A DNA stretch of 64,000 bases, from positions 252,802 to 316,801 of IMG/VR virus record IMGVR_UViG_3300040801_002079; one strand, 5' to 3'. Below are positions 50,823 through 63,100 of this stretch, piece after piece. The position numbers and the translations under genes were made by a program. The notes beneath the pieces were generated by a model. It had not been told where the DNA came from. It searched no databases and saw only the letters and a program-made list of their open reading frames with translations. Within the stretch, counting starts at the first letter, position 1. Each line of letters starts with the position of its first letter.

Positions 50823-51991
50823 ATTACACTAACATCAGAATCTGATGTGTTGCAAACAGATATAGTAAGTGTGTAAGTGATACTGATAGCCACATCCTTT
50901 GCTTTAGGAATTGGAGTAAAGATGATATGTGTCAGCAAACGCTCCCTTTCATTTTCGGGTATAATAGGATCATTTGCAACACCGGCAACCTGACCTGTTA
51001 TACTAGATACATTGCAATTCGCACAAACCCCATCAGTAACAATGTTACCAAAGTCGGCAGGAGCGCTGTCATTACATCCTATAACTACGGAAGAATTCGC
51101 GCCAGTGTCTTTACTCTGGAATGTGAGTAGCCCGTAAGATTGCTTACCAATAATGGTTGGATATGTCCCCCCGGAGTTATCTGTAATGAATACATATACA
51201 AATTCATTAATGGGGTCTCCTCCTGAAAGCCAACTGCCGGTATTAATGCCTTCACAAATATCACCATAGGTAATCTGTCCTGTCGGTCCAGTGCCCGCAG
51301 ATGGCGTTAAAAGTGTTGCACTATAAGACAAGCCATCTACTGTTAAATCTATCGTTAGGGTTGAGTTCAGGGGCACGGAAGATACATCGGAAGCCACCTT
51401 ATCATTCACAAATATACTAGCATACCCCGGAGAAGAAACAGCGGGTAAGCCGGGACTATAAAGCCCAATTTCATCAAATGTGAAATCTTCGTCCCCTGTT
51501 GGTGAAAGAATGGACAAATCCTGACCATTCGGTTCATTTTCATTCAGAAATACCTTTATAACAACGTTCGATTTAATACCTGCTTCCTGAGAAGTTACTC
51601 CCGCTCCAATCGGATCAGATAGGGGATCACTTCCACCCCCGGTTCTAACAGTATTGGGTCCAGCAGAGCCTGTATCGATGCCTAAATCGGTATTAGCTTC
51701 ATCCACTACCTCAGAATAGGTTTCATTATATAGACGAGACTCCCATCCATCTATTCTGCCATCGTTTGGGGGGTTAAAGATTAAATTATCACCAACATCT
51801 TTAAAGGTTCCACCGTTGCCGAAAGCCATTCGGTGAATGATTGAGTTTGGCTCATTAGCTAAAGCTCGTGCCAAAATTCGTGACATATTTTGTGGGTGTA
51901 TCGCGTTTGACTTATCAACGAGAACTTTATTATTGGTTTCATCACGAATAAGAACATTCGTTTCTATTTGTACATTCATACCGTCTTTCAT
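50819..51991 (-). CDS. Baseplate / tail-fibre attachment-type structural protein
   Basis: LVDKSNAIH, MAFGNGG, FTFDEIGLY, LLTHIIFTPIPK; minus-strand TATAAATA at 52010-17 and 52026-33. Confidence 0.65.
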   Translation of the reverse strand: MKDGMNVQIETNVLIRDETNNKVLVDKSNAIHPQNMSRILARALANEPNSIIHRMAFGNGGTFKDVGDNLIFNPPNDGRIDGWESRLYNETYSEVVDEANTDLGIDTGSAGPNTVRTGGGSDPLSDPIGAGVTSQEAGIKSNVVIKVFLNENEPNGQDLSILSPTGDEDFTFDEIGLYSPGLPAVSSPGYASIFVNDKVASDVSSVPLNSTLTIDLTVDGLSYSATLLTPSAGTGPTGQITYGDICEGINTGSWLSGGDPINEFVYVFITDNSGGTYPTIIGKQSYGLLTFQSKDTGANSSVVIGCNDSAPADFGNIVTDGVCANCNVSSITGQVAGVANDPIIPENERERLLTHIIFTPIPKAKDVAISITYTLTISVCNTSDSDVSVI

Positions 51992-52096
51992 TAAAGGCTC
52001 CTGAAATAATATTTATACCTAACTGTATTTATATAAAAAGATGCAGTGCGTAAATTCAGCTATAAATATATAAAAGAGTAATTTAAGGAGACTTTT

Positions 52097-52246
52097 ATGT
52101 TTTTTTCATTTATGCTAGGCGCATTAGTTATGTTGGTTTTTGGTGTATTCGCACCCAATACATTTACCAAAATGACCGGAATGGTTCGTTCACTTTGGGA
52201 TAAAGTTAAAGAAGAAGAACAAACGGACGATTTCTCGGGAAAATAG
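52097..52246 (+). CDS. Small single-TM membrane protein, 49 aa (not in the ORF track)
   Basis: TATAAATA at 52061-68, AAGGAG RBS, MFFSFMLGALVMLVFGVFAPNTFTKMTGMVRSLWDKVKEEEQTDDFSGK*. Confidence 0.8.
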   Translation: MFFSFMLGALVMLVFGVFAPNTFTKMTGMVRSLWDKVKEEEQTDDFSGK

Positions 52247-52327
52247 AACGGGGCAATGATTTGCTTGCGGGGCTGTGTCCCGACAACGAAGATGAGTGTA
52301 TTGAGCGCTTAAAGCAACATTGCCCCG
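52237..52327 (+). promoter_or_regulatory. Programmed -1 ribosomal frameshift signal
   Basis: G GGA AAA (52237-43) directly before TAG; 5-nt spacer; perfect 10-bp stem CGGGGCAATG (52249-58)/CATTGCCCCG (52318-27) extended by TTGCTT/AAGCAA. Confidence 0.75.
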
Positions 52328-52431
52328 ATTTAGATGAAAAATGTCTTGCAAGTTTATCCCAGATGGACTACTATCTTGTGGGAAGGGAAAACTATAATTT
52401 AACCCCTGAACAAACAGATAACAAGTCTTAA
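52243..52431 (+). CDS. -1-frame extension (62 aa, four Cys) of the small membrane protein
   Basis: IERGNDLLAGLCPDNEDECIERLKQHCPDLDEKCLASLSQMDYYLVGRENYNLTPEQTDNKS*; ends just before the thyA RBS. Confidence 0.7.
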   Translation: MERGNDLLAGLCPDNEDECIERLKQHCPDLDEKCLASLSQMDYYLVGRENYNLTPEQTDNKS

Positions 52432-52444
52432 CTGGGAGAAAACT

Positions 52445-53311
52445 ATGACAATAAACCCGTTTGATGCTGAGTATCACCGACTCGGCAATAAAATCTTATC
52501 AGATGGATTCTGGAAAGAAAATAAAAGAACCGGCACTAAATGTTTAACACTTCACGGCGAATCATGCACCTATGACCTTTCTACTGGATTTTTTCCAGCG
52601 CTAACCACAAAAAAATTATTCTTTAATGCCATGATTGGTGAATTATTGGGATTCATTCGTGCAGTTGATAATGCGGCTGACTTTAGGGCACTTGGGTGTC
52701 CCTTTTGGGATGCTAATGCTAATGAAACAGAGGCATGGCTCAATAACCCCAATAGAAAGGGAGAAGATGATCTAGGTCGAATCTACGGCGTTCAAGGCAG
52801 ACATTGGATAAACCGACATGGCGAAGAGATAGATCAACTAAAACAGATCATCGATAAGCTCTCAATTGGTATAGATGATAGAAGATTAATTATGAATTAT
52901 TGGAATCCGGGAGAAATAAATGAACAGGCATTGCCCCCGTGCCACGATTTTTACCAATTCCATTTAAGGGGTACAACATTAGACCTATCTATGTATCAAA
53001 GATCAAACGATGTACCACTTGGTACACCAATGAATATAGCTAGCTCATCTTTGCTATTAATGTTGGTCGCCAGAATAACGGGCCATTTTCCCGGAAAGTT
53101 CACTCATATGATGGGGGATGTTCATATCTATGATAATCAAGTGGATTTATTTAAAGAGCAGATGTCTCGCGCACCATATTTTCCACCTAAGATGTGGATA
53201 AGCCAAGATATAAAGTCATTGGAAGACTTGGAAACATGGGTGACATTTAATGATTTTACAATTGAGGAATACGAGCATCACCCAGTTATAAAGTTCCCGT
53301 TTGCTGCTTAA
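52445..53311 (+). CDS. thyA: Thymidylate synthase
   Basis: RTGT, LTTKK, LGRIYGVQ, DDRRL, ALPPCH, YQRSND, GTPMNIA, GDVHIY. Confidence 0.96.
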   Translation: MTINPFDAEYHRLGNKILSDGFWKENKRTGTKCLTLHGESCTYDLSTGFFPALTTKKLFFNAMIGELLGFIRAVDNAADFRALGCPFWDANANETEAWLNNPNRKGEDDLGRIYGVQGRHWINRHGEEIDQLKQIIDKLSIGIDDRRLIMNYWNPGEINEQALPPCHDFYQFHLRGTTLDLSMYQRSNDVPLGTPMNIASSSLLLMLVARITGHFPGKFTHMMGDVHIYDNQVDLFKEQMSRAPYFPPKMWISQDIKSLEDLETWVTFNDFTIEEYEHHPVIKFPFAA

Positions 53312-54111
53312 GCCGTTATAGGTGGTGGCTCAAAATTAAAAGCAAATGCATGTAATGATTTTGCTGTATCGAAATGGACCGTAGCCTCATTTTCAGTTAT
53401 GTAATCAATTCCTGTTGGGGTTATTAATGTAGGCGGGCTAGTGGATGGATCGATACAATATATTACACAAAACTGAGTGCCAAGATTGTGTGGAATTGAA
53501 TGTGACACACTCTTAGTGTAATTTGTGTAAGTGTAATGTGTTTTCTTTGAAACAAGGTTATCGTTATTATCAAAGAAAACCATATTACCTCTTGTGGTGT
53601 CGGTAATATCAAATCCATTAAGGTTGTCAAATGTTAAATTAAATGTGCTACCCTCAAGAATTTGCTCAATATCAAACAATAATAGATCACCAGATAGATA
53701 TCCAATAACGGACATATCATTAGCATTGGAGAAATTTGACATATCTATATCGGATAATTTGATGCTGGAAACATTAGCCACAATGTTTGCTAACTGATCA
53801 ACAACATCAAATAAGCTATCATTTCCAGTTAGCCCACTTATTCCGGGAAGGTCATTAAATGGTACAGGATTAAAGGTTAAATCTTCGTTTAGCCAATTGG
53901 ACCCCAGAGATGCTTTTAGGTTGGGGTCTTCTGAAACAGTGGTATTAAGGGCGACAAGCTTTTCACCGTCATTAAATCTTAAAACCTTATCGCTTATACT
54001 AAATGTAAACTCGCCCGCATTCTCCGCATTAAATGAGGGGGCAGATGGGATTGAATCAATCACCAAGTTTACAATTTTACCGCCTTCTAATTTTACACCA
54101 CCAATTCTCAT
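53308..54111 (-). CDS. Putative virion structural / fibre-associated protein
   Basis: Late promoter at 54136-43; C-terminal IPHNLGT...V beta-rich module typical of fibre proteins. Confidence 0.55.
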   Translation of the reverse strand: MRIGGVKLEGGKIVNLVIDSIPSAPSFNAENAGEFTFSISDKVLRFNDGEKLVALNTTVSEDPNLKASLGSNWLNEDLTFNPVPFNDLPGISGLTGNDSLFDVVDQLANIVANVSSIKLSDIDMSNFSNANDMSVIGYLSGDLLLFDIEQILEGSTFNLTFDNLNGFDITDTTRGNMVFFDNNDNLVSKKTHYTYTNYTKSVSHSIPHNLGTQFCVIYCIDPSTSPPTLITPTGIDYITENEATVHFDTAKSLHAFAFNFEPPPITA

Positions 54112-54144
54112 TTAAAAATTCCTCTTTAATATGTATATTTATAC

Positions 54145-57100
54145 TTATCGCGGAGCTAAACCGGTAATTGTTATGGTATCAATACCGTAATCGTTATTCC
54201 ATATTGTTCCCGTGGTTCCCAACGTAACCTTTATTCTTACGCGAGTATTAACATGGTTAGCAGAACTCAAATCAACATTTCTGTAAGACCATATTTGTGC
54301 TCCGCCTGTGACAACCTTATCCGGATCGGACGGACCACCAAATTCTGGGCCAACATCAACCCATCCAGCGCCACCCTCATTTAGTTGAACCTGACAGGTT
54401 GCATTGTTATCATTACCGCGTTGGTTGGTATAGAACTCAATATAAAAATCACTGTATTGTGTGCTGTCCAGTGTTGTATTAAATTCCATAAAGAATTCAT
54501 CACCGCCCACTGTGGGGCTTGATGATTCTGTGTATACATATCCTTCTGGGCTTCCACCCTGACCCGATGTTGGCCCCACACCACTTGAAGCCGTATCGTT
54601 ACTATCCCATTTCCACCGCCTATTTGCTCCTCCCGGAGTTGCTGTTGTTCCAAGTGGGTCTGTCCATGTAAATTCGGTAACATCACCCGTAGTCGATGAT
54701 GGGAATGAATATGGTCCATATACATCCTCAACTGGTGGACCAACAAGGGAATCATAATTTGTAATAGTTAATTCATCGTGATCACTGTTAACTATATGGA
54801 AAATTGGCGTAACTTTGGAATCGTAATCCGTTATTGTAATGGTATCATGATCTGATAAAATATCCACCGGATCAGCAGGAGTTCTATACAACATTATGGT
54901 ATTACACTCATCAGCCAAGGCTGGTCCACTCCAATCATAATCCATACCAAATGTTGAATCATCATGGTTCCATCCACCCAATTGCGCCAAATGAATAATT
55001 TTATAATATTGAGGAATATTAACTTGGCTAGTTGAATATTGATAATTTCTATCATATGTTTCATTTAGGGCTTTATCATGATACACCACTTCTGTAATAT
55101 AACCATTCAATAGTCCTCCATTAGGATCGGTTCCGATATATTTTAACCTAAAGTCGGCCTCTGGCTCCCCTGATGACGGATTAAGTGCAAATCGGAAAGA
55201 CGTATACCCGCTAGTTACATATTTGTTCCTATCAGCATCCACGCCATCTATGAATAGCGATATTATTCCATCTCCTTCATGCATGACCGTAATATTGAAC
55301 CACCTATAATATCCCATCGTTATATCAATGCCCGGAGATGTAAAATTGGTGTAAGTAATATCATTAGTTTCAAACTTGGTTCTTATTCCAAATGTTACAT
55401 CCTGTCCTATGCCATCACCTTCTGCATACACCTCAAATTCATCTCCACCATCTCCAAATTCGGAACTAAAGATTGGATGCTTCATACTTAGATCAAAAGT
55501 ATTGGGACGTAGGTAGACCATTGCACTAAGTGTGAACTCTTCTGTTATTGTTCTGGTTATGGGATTAGTTAGAGTTATACTTCCGTTGGACCCAAAGCAC
55601 CCGAGCGATCCAACTTTGTGGAATCCAAAGTCGAGACTATGCTTAGGCTTGCTTGTACCAGCAGCGATTAAATCATTTGACCCGATTTGATCTGAAATTA
55701 CATCATCGCTATCCATTCTCCAGTAATGCGTGGGATTATCATACTTAACTAAGTATGGGTAATCATATTCTCTGGAAGATACAGTTGTATCCCATCCGGT
55801 AAACCCAGTCGGCGGGGTATATTTGAACTCAGCAGCGTTTGTTCTGAATATAGTTCTAGTCTGTCGTGGGCCAACTCCTGTCCCACTATACTCACCTGTA
55901 ACGATGTAAATGTAATCTGACATGTCAAGCGCTGAAACGTCCGTTAATGTGAATAATGGATCAGTTCCAGTGGAAGGATCACCCTGTATCCAGTTTCCAT
56001 TTATTGAAATCCACATGCCTCTATTATCAATATCAACAGCTATTCCAAGTGTTCCAGTAAGCGGGGCATCAGATGTTGGGGTTGATATGCCATTAGTATA
56101 CAACTCCCCTCTGGAATCATACATGTAATGAAATTCTGATTCTCCCAAATAGGTTAATGAGTTTTCAACAGCCAGCAGTCCATATGGAAGTGTATAGTCT
56201 ACATAAGATACACCAACCCGGAATCCCGGAGTTTCCACATCACTCTTAGCTATATTAAAGAACAACTCAGCGTAATGTTTCCCACTATTATGTCCTATAT
56301 GGGATGAATATTCATAATCTGGGGTCGTACTAACTTGTGCAAGCATTGCTTGTCGCGCATATCCTCTAAAATCATTGGGTGTAAAGTAATGAGTGTACGG
56401 ACTTTGGGTATACACTGGAGTAGCGTAAGCCTGATTAATGTCGGTTACCCAATTTGCATAGCGTGGAGATTTGAATGTGTATTCGGGCTGCGATCCGGGA
56501 AGACCACAATCAAATCGATATAACATATGGGCATCAAAGTTGTAGCCCTCATCAAAATCCATACTATATTTTGGAACATCATCTTCAATAAACCCAGACC
56601 CAATTGTAAAGATGTATCTACCATCATCCGAAAGAACAAAGTTTGCACCAAACAGATCAGACATGTAACTTTGTATAGGCTCTATATATTTAATAAATTT
56701 ATATTCTTGATCAGTATCATCCCAATCAAAAATATCTAGTTTACCGTGGGTTCCGCTTTGCGTGAAATTCTGAAACATCTGAGATGTTACTATCCTATTT
56801 CCATCCCTCGACATCGCCACAAACGTATCATCACTTTCGTCTACATCAAATTCCAGAACTGGATGACTTATCCTGATCCGCTGTACGAATTCCCAATTTC
56901 CCGGAGTTGTTTCTTTAAACACAATTGCACCAGATGCAAAGTATGAGAATGTATCATCCCTAATAGTTTGTCTTGATGCATAATTGAGTACTATAGTTGA
57001 TCCATCTGATGATGCGCCACAATACGAAGTATTATTCCATGGGGTTTTTCCTATATATGTACCATTTGAGGTTTTATATGCGCCAAAATCATCATATATG

Positions 57101-60100
57101 GTGCTCTTTAATAGCTCCGGATGAGTTAAATCAAGAGAACCTTCATATTCCCATGTCGTGTTACCCACATTATATTTCCAAACTCTTGGAGCTTGCACCT
57201 CAACATTATCATGCATATTGAAAGTTCCGCTTGTCATTATTATGCGAGACCCATCGGGGACAACATAAAAATGTTGCTCAACCGATTCAGTTGCATAAGA
57301 TGACATAGCATCTTCTACAACAAGCGCCTCATCTAGATTCCAAACACTTCCATTTTGACGGAATATTTCATTATCTGCGACTACAACTGAGCCGTCATCG
57401 GAACATGTGATGCCCCTAGCTCTACGATTGCTTGGCTTAACACTAAGCTCCATCTCATCAATTTTTAAATATGTGCCATCAAGCTGATCTTCATATACAT
57501 GGATTTTATGTGGCAGGGGAGAGAAAGTGGTTCCCAAGCTTTCGTATGTGAAAATATATTGACCATTATTTGACATAACTATAGGGCTTGACCCTAATGT
57601 ATCGCCATAAAAATAGGTGGTCCAATTATCAGACACATCCTTTTTCATTACCAACAATTTTTCATACGAGTTTTCGTTTACATATGCAGCATATACTGAT
57701 CCCTCAGATGATATAGCAAACTCATCCCCATCAACCATGAAAGTTTGCCCTATATTTTGATCGCCCTCTGTAGACCACGGGGTTTGTACATCTAGTTGGA
57801 ACATAATTCCTGAATAATAATTTGATGCTGTATATCCACCAGCCCCGTATATTTTTGTACCACTACTATTCCACGCAGATGGATTTATCCGAGAATATAA
57901 TTCTATGGCATCAGAAGCTTGTGATATCGTATCTATCTCCCACGGGGTTGATAGCGTGTATTGCATTACAATTCCACCTTCAGCCTCTCTAATGGTAAAT
58001 AATTTTGTACCATCCGGCGAGAAGCTTAGAGAGCTAAAATCGTCTGAAGTGTTTATATACTCTCCAAGGGTCCCACTAACATATGATTTTGAATCATACG
58101 ATATAGTCGATAGCTCCCACGGAGTGCTGAGGGTGTATTGATAAATTGTGTCATTTCCAATTCCCGCATAGTATAATTTTGTACCATCCGGCTTAATATA
58201 AAATCCACCTGAACCAGAGCTTTGGGCTGTAAAATCATAAGTTACTGAATTGTACGTTGCTGTTCTTAAATCCCATGGTGTTGTAAGATCGTATTCATAT
58301 ATATCAGCAGCAGTATCAAGTAAGTACATTTTATCGCCTGACGCACTTAACGAAATGTTAATAGCCGATCCACCTTCGGTGAAGAAGAAGCAACCATCAG
58401 TTAAAAACATGGTGCTAACATCACCCGGAGTTGTCAAATCCCCCTGAAGCAATGTATTTCGGGCATTATTATAGTAAACGGATGAGTCATATCCATCGTA
58501 TGTTACATATATTTTACTTTCATCAGATGATACCCCTGCAAAATCTTTAACTGTTAAAGATGATACAGTAGAGCTTGTGCTATCTAATGATATACCATTT
58601 ATATCCCATGCGGGAGATATATTGTATTTAAGTAAACTATTTCCCTCAAATGTGTACAGTGTATCTCCGCTAGAGTTAATATCAAGGCCAAGATATGGAG
58701 TATTTCCTGATAAATTTGTATAGTTTCCTGTAAATGTTAATGTTCTAATGTCTCCCGGAGTCCCTGCTTCATATTGAAAAACTGCGCCCGAATCTCCTGA
58801 TATGAAAAAGCGGCTTTGATCATCATTCCAGTAAAATCCATTCAAATCATCTTCAAATGCTGAATGATCAAATACCTCAGCGCCCAAATCAAATGAGTCA
58901 AAAGACCATGCAGAACTTATATCATATTGTAATCCCCGATTAGAACCACCAAAGTAGTAACAATTTGATCCATCGGGGCTAAAATGAATAACTAGTGGGT
59001 AAATTGGGTTATCAGCAGAATAATCATATAGATCGGAATCTAATGTAGCTCCAGTTAAATCCCAAGGAGTTGGCAATGTATAACTGCGGAAATAATATCC
59101 ATTGGTAGATTCTGCTAGATATAATTTAGTACCATCAGGTTTAAAGTAAAAAGAAGTGCTAAGCGCCGAGCTTATCGCTGAAACGTCAAGTGATACACTA
59201 TCATATGTTGCCGTAGTAACATCCCATGGCGTAGATGCAGTGTATTGGGACATATTTTCATTATCTGAACTGAATGTGTACATCTTGGTACCATCATCGT
59301 TCCACCATGGTCCATATGTATTTTGACCCTGAGCACTAACACTTAGTCTATTCCCAGAATAGGATGCCGATGACAATAACCAAGGAGTGGATAAGTCAAC
59401 CTCATATACATATTCGGAACTAACATAGCTCGTATATAATTTAGTACCATCGGCATTAAATGACAGCCCAGTAAAGCTACTATCCGAGTTACCACCAGTT
59501 AATTCATACATTGTTATATTGTATTTTTCAAATGAAGCAGTGCTGAAATCCCATGGGGTTGATAATGTAATCTTATAAAGTAGGGTATAGGAAGAGCTTG
59601 TGCCATACGCTAGAAGAACTTCAGTTCCAGCATCATTAATATGAATACCATGAGGATTTTCTCTGAACCAATCCCTGTAATCAAGTACAATACCATTTGA
59701 TGTTCCAGTTGATAAATCCCACGGCGTACTAAACGTATAATGATAGATATAAAAGGTATCTAACTCAAAGGCTTCGGTTCCATCCGGGTTAAAGTGAAGA
59801 CCCAGACCATAACTCATTACTTGAGAATTATTTGAATACACCGCAGTACTGACATCCCACGCGACAGATAAATCATATTGAAACGCACTGGCTCCGCCAT
59901 GCACAACCATTGTTAAACCATCGGGACTGAAGTTTATATCCTGTGGACTGGTATCTTGTGTTCCTGTATAGAAAGAAACATTATCATAAGATGCTGTACT
60001 TACATCCCATGGAGTAGATAATGTATAAGCGTATACAGTATCTTCGGAGTTTGTGAATACAAACATCTTGGTACCATCAGGTTTAAAATGGACACTTAAT

Positions 60101-63100
60101 GGGTTTGTTGTCTCATTTGAAACATCAAACATGTCAACATATGTTAACGAATCAGGTTTAATTTCGTAAGGAGATGAACATGCCCATTGAATTATAGCAT
60201 CATTTGGAACTCTAGCCACAGTATACACATAATTCCCGGTGGAATCAAATGTCGCATCATAGCTATAACCATGCTCATATGAACCAAAAAAGGCTTCATT
60301 GGACATAGCTGTAGTTAGATCATATGGAGTTGAAAGGCTGTATTCTCTGAATCCAGCATTACCCGTTTGTACAAAAACTTTATCGCCGGTTGCGGAAAAT
60401 TCCATACCCTTTATGTTGGTATTATTGTTATATCTTACATCATTGAAGTCCACATAATTATCATGGAGGGATGCAGTTCTTAGGTCCCACGGCGTTGATA
60501 AATTGTATTTAACAAGCGTATCAGTTGAGTTTGAACCCGCATAAACATAAGTTCCGTCATCCGATACACGTATTGTCCACTCTGACATTGTATCAGACCT
60601 AATATTGTCATATACCGTTGTTGATATGTCCCATGGGGTTGTTAAGGTGTAATGATATACATAACTAGAAGCCCGCAAAAAGAACTTCGTTCCATCGGAT
60701 GAGATATCGAAACTATAAAAACTATAGCCAATTTGATCTGCGGTGCTGAACGACACATAATCATATGTCGCTGTACTTATATCCCACGGTGTTGCTACAC
60801 TATATTGGCGCAACCTATCCCCCGATCCATCGAATACATAAAGCTTCGTACCATCAGGCTTAAATACAAAACAATCAATAATATTGTATATGGGGTTAAA
60901 CATCTTATCATCATAAGATGCCGTTGTGACATCAAATGCTGTAGAACAGGTATACTGAAAAATATTATCTGTATAATTATTTTTTATATAAAGTTTTGTG
61001 CCGTCTGCACTAAATCCCATATATCCAACTTCATCAGCGGCAGATATTTCATCAGGGAAAAAGGTGTCAGCATTATAGTATGAACCACTTATATCCCATG
61101 GAGATGGGCATAAGTATTCTGATATATACCCTGAATCGCTATTGCATATCCAATATTTTGTACCATCGGGCTTAATTTTGAAGGAATCAACATTTACTCC
61201 ACCGATAAGTGCGGGTCCATGCGCCGAATACTGCATAGTATTAATATCATAAGGAGTAGAGCATGTGTATTCAATTAGTCTATAAGAATCAGTGTCAAGT
61301 AAAAATACTTTAGACCCATCATCATTAAATTGAGGTTTTATTGGTAGATGTGAGGATACGCCCATAGCTGAAGTTGCTGAGCTTGGTATTAATGAATCTG
61401 TTATACGAAGTGATTTCTGTGTTGACGTATTGACTGAATTAATATCCCAAGGAGTCTCGCATTCAACTTCTACTAAATATGCTGAATTAGTGTATTGCAA
61501 TTCATTTGTGTAATATAGCTTGCTGCCATCATCGGAAAATCTATATCCCCACTTAGTAATATCCACATAGGTGCTGGTTGACGTATCTGTAGCCAAATAT
61601 CGCTCTGGAGCCTGTAGATTTCCTTTAATAGTGTTATTATGCATTTCTAGAGTGCTTAGGTCATCAGCTACACGCATATCGGCCCTGTACACTGCATCAG
61701 TGTCTGCCGAATAGAAAAACATTTTCGTATCATCTGGAGATAACCACGTAGATGTTATATACTGGCTGGCTCTTGTTTCTAGGTTGACGGATTTTTCATT
61801 TCGTCTAAATGGATGTTCGGGGAATATTTTCTGAACATTGTTATAATCTGATGGGCGTTCAACAACAGTGTAGCTATTATATAAATCTAATATTTCGGAA
61901 GCATCAAGTGTATACTGGTTATAAAAACGTATATGCGATATAAAATATTTTAAATTATTATCAATCCATCCAAAATCTCCAATGCTAGTAGATGTAAGGC
62001 TAGGATTTATATGGGATGTTAAGGCCAATACTCCATTAAGGTAAATTTTTATAACTTTATCAAATGTGGGGGTAAACCGCAATCCAGTACCACTGCCACC
62101 TGATACAAGAGGAGGCCAATAGGTATCAGGAAGCGAGGAAAATGATCCATACTCTAATACATTATATGTATATACTAAACCCGTACTACTAACATTTGTG
62201 ATTTCAATCTGAGTTGGAGTAATAGCATTATCAGTGATATAAACAATATCTCCAATCTCATATCCTGTTCCACTACTGGTTTTAGAGAAACTAGTTGGGG
62301 TAGCTGGGTATGACGCAACTTCAGATGTTGCAAATATATGTGTCCATTCTCGCCAAGGAATACTATTATATAACGTTTCCTGTCTCTGAAAAACTATTGA
62401 TTTATTATTTGGATTGTATGAGAACACTGAGTCCAATATAGGGTAGTACGTCTCCGCTCCAGCCCCGACAACGGATTCTGGGTAAAACCAAAAGCCATAC
62501 CCAAATTCTCCGCCATCCACTGTAACATTTGCATCCAGTGTTAACTCTTTCGCGCCTTGAAATACATAGGATGCAGATGATGTACCCTCAGCATCTTGAA
62601 CGAAAGTTCTAACTTCCTTATTTGGATAGGATGAACTTACATATATTTCCTCGCTGTTAACAGGGGTTGGGTTAGTGCCAGTATCATATATTGCCGTACC
62701 GATATCTTCAGACATCTTCCATTCATGATATGTTTTAGGTGCCGCAGCAATAGCCGAAGGTGTAGGTGTAATGGTTGGCGTAACCGTCATAGTAACAGTT
62801 GGTGTAACAGTAGCTGTCTGTGTTGGTGTAAATGTAGGAGTAACTGTTGGTGTAACCGATGCCGATGGTGTAGCTGGAGGCGTAGTGGTCATCGTTGGAG
62901 TCATGGTTAACGTTGGTGTTGGTGTTGGGGATGGAATGAAACATTCATCATCAACCTCAATTAATGTTATAACTCGCTCAATATCGACAAATATAGTAAA
63001 TGGATTAATAACATATCCAATTTTCTGCAAAGCGGTATTTTGCGGAACAGCGGTGGTTATTTTACCATTATCATCCAACCAAACTGATGTACCGTAAGGT

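Noticed and set aside
52190-52477. 95-aa minus-strand ORF in the track
   Set aside because: Antisense to the better-supported plus-strand gene and frameshift cassette; overlaps the thyA start
52445-53311. thyA as a dCMP hydroxymethylase feeding DNA carbamoylation or glycosylation
   Set aside because: It keeps the dUMP-specifying Asn (PMNIA) and canonical RSND, so it looks like ordinary thymidylate synthase; a DNA target for the operon cannot be excluded from genes outside the window
62725-63097. Alternative-frame and antisense ORFs over the second Thr-Pro tract
   Set aside because: Repeat-derived shadow frames inside the 3257-aa gene
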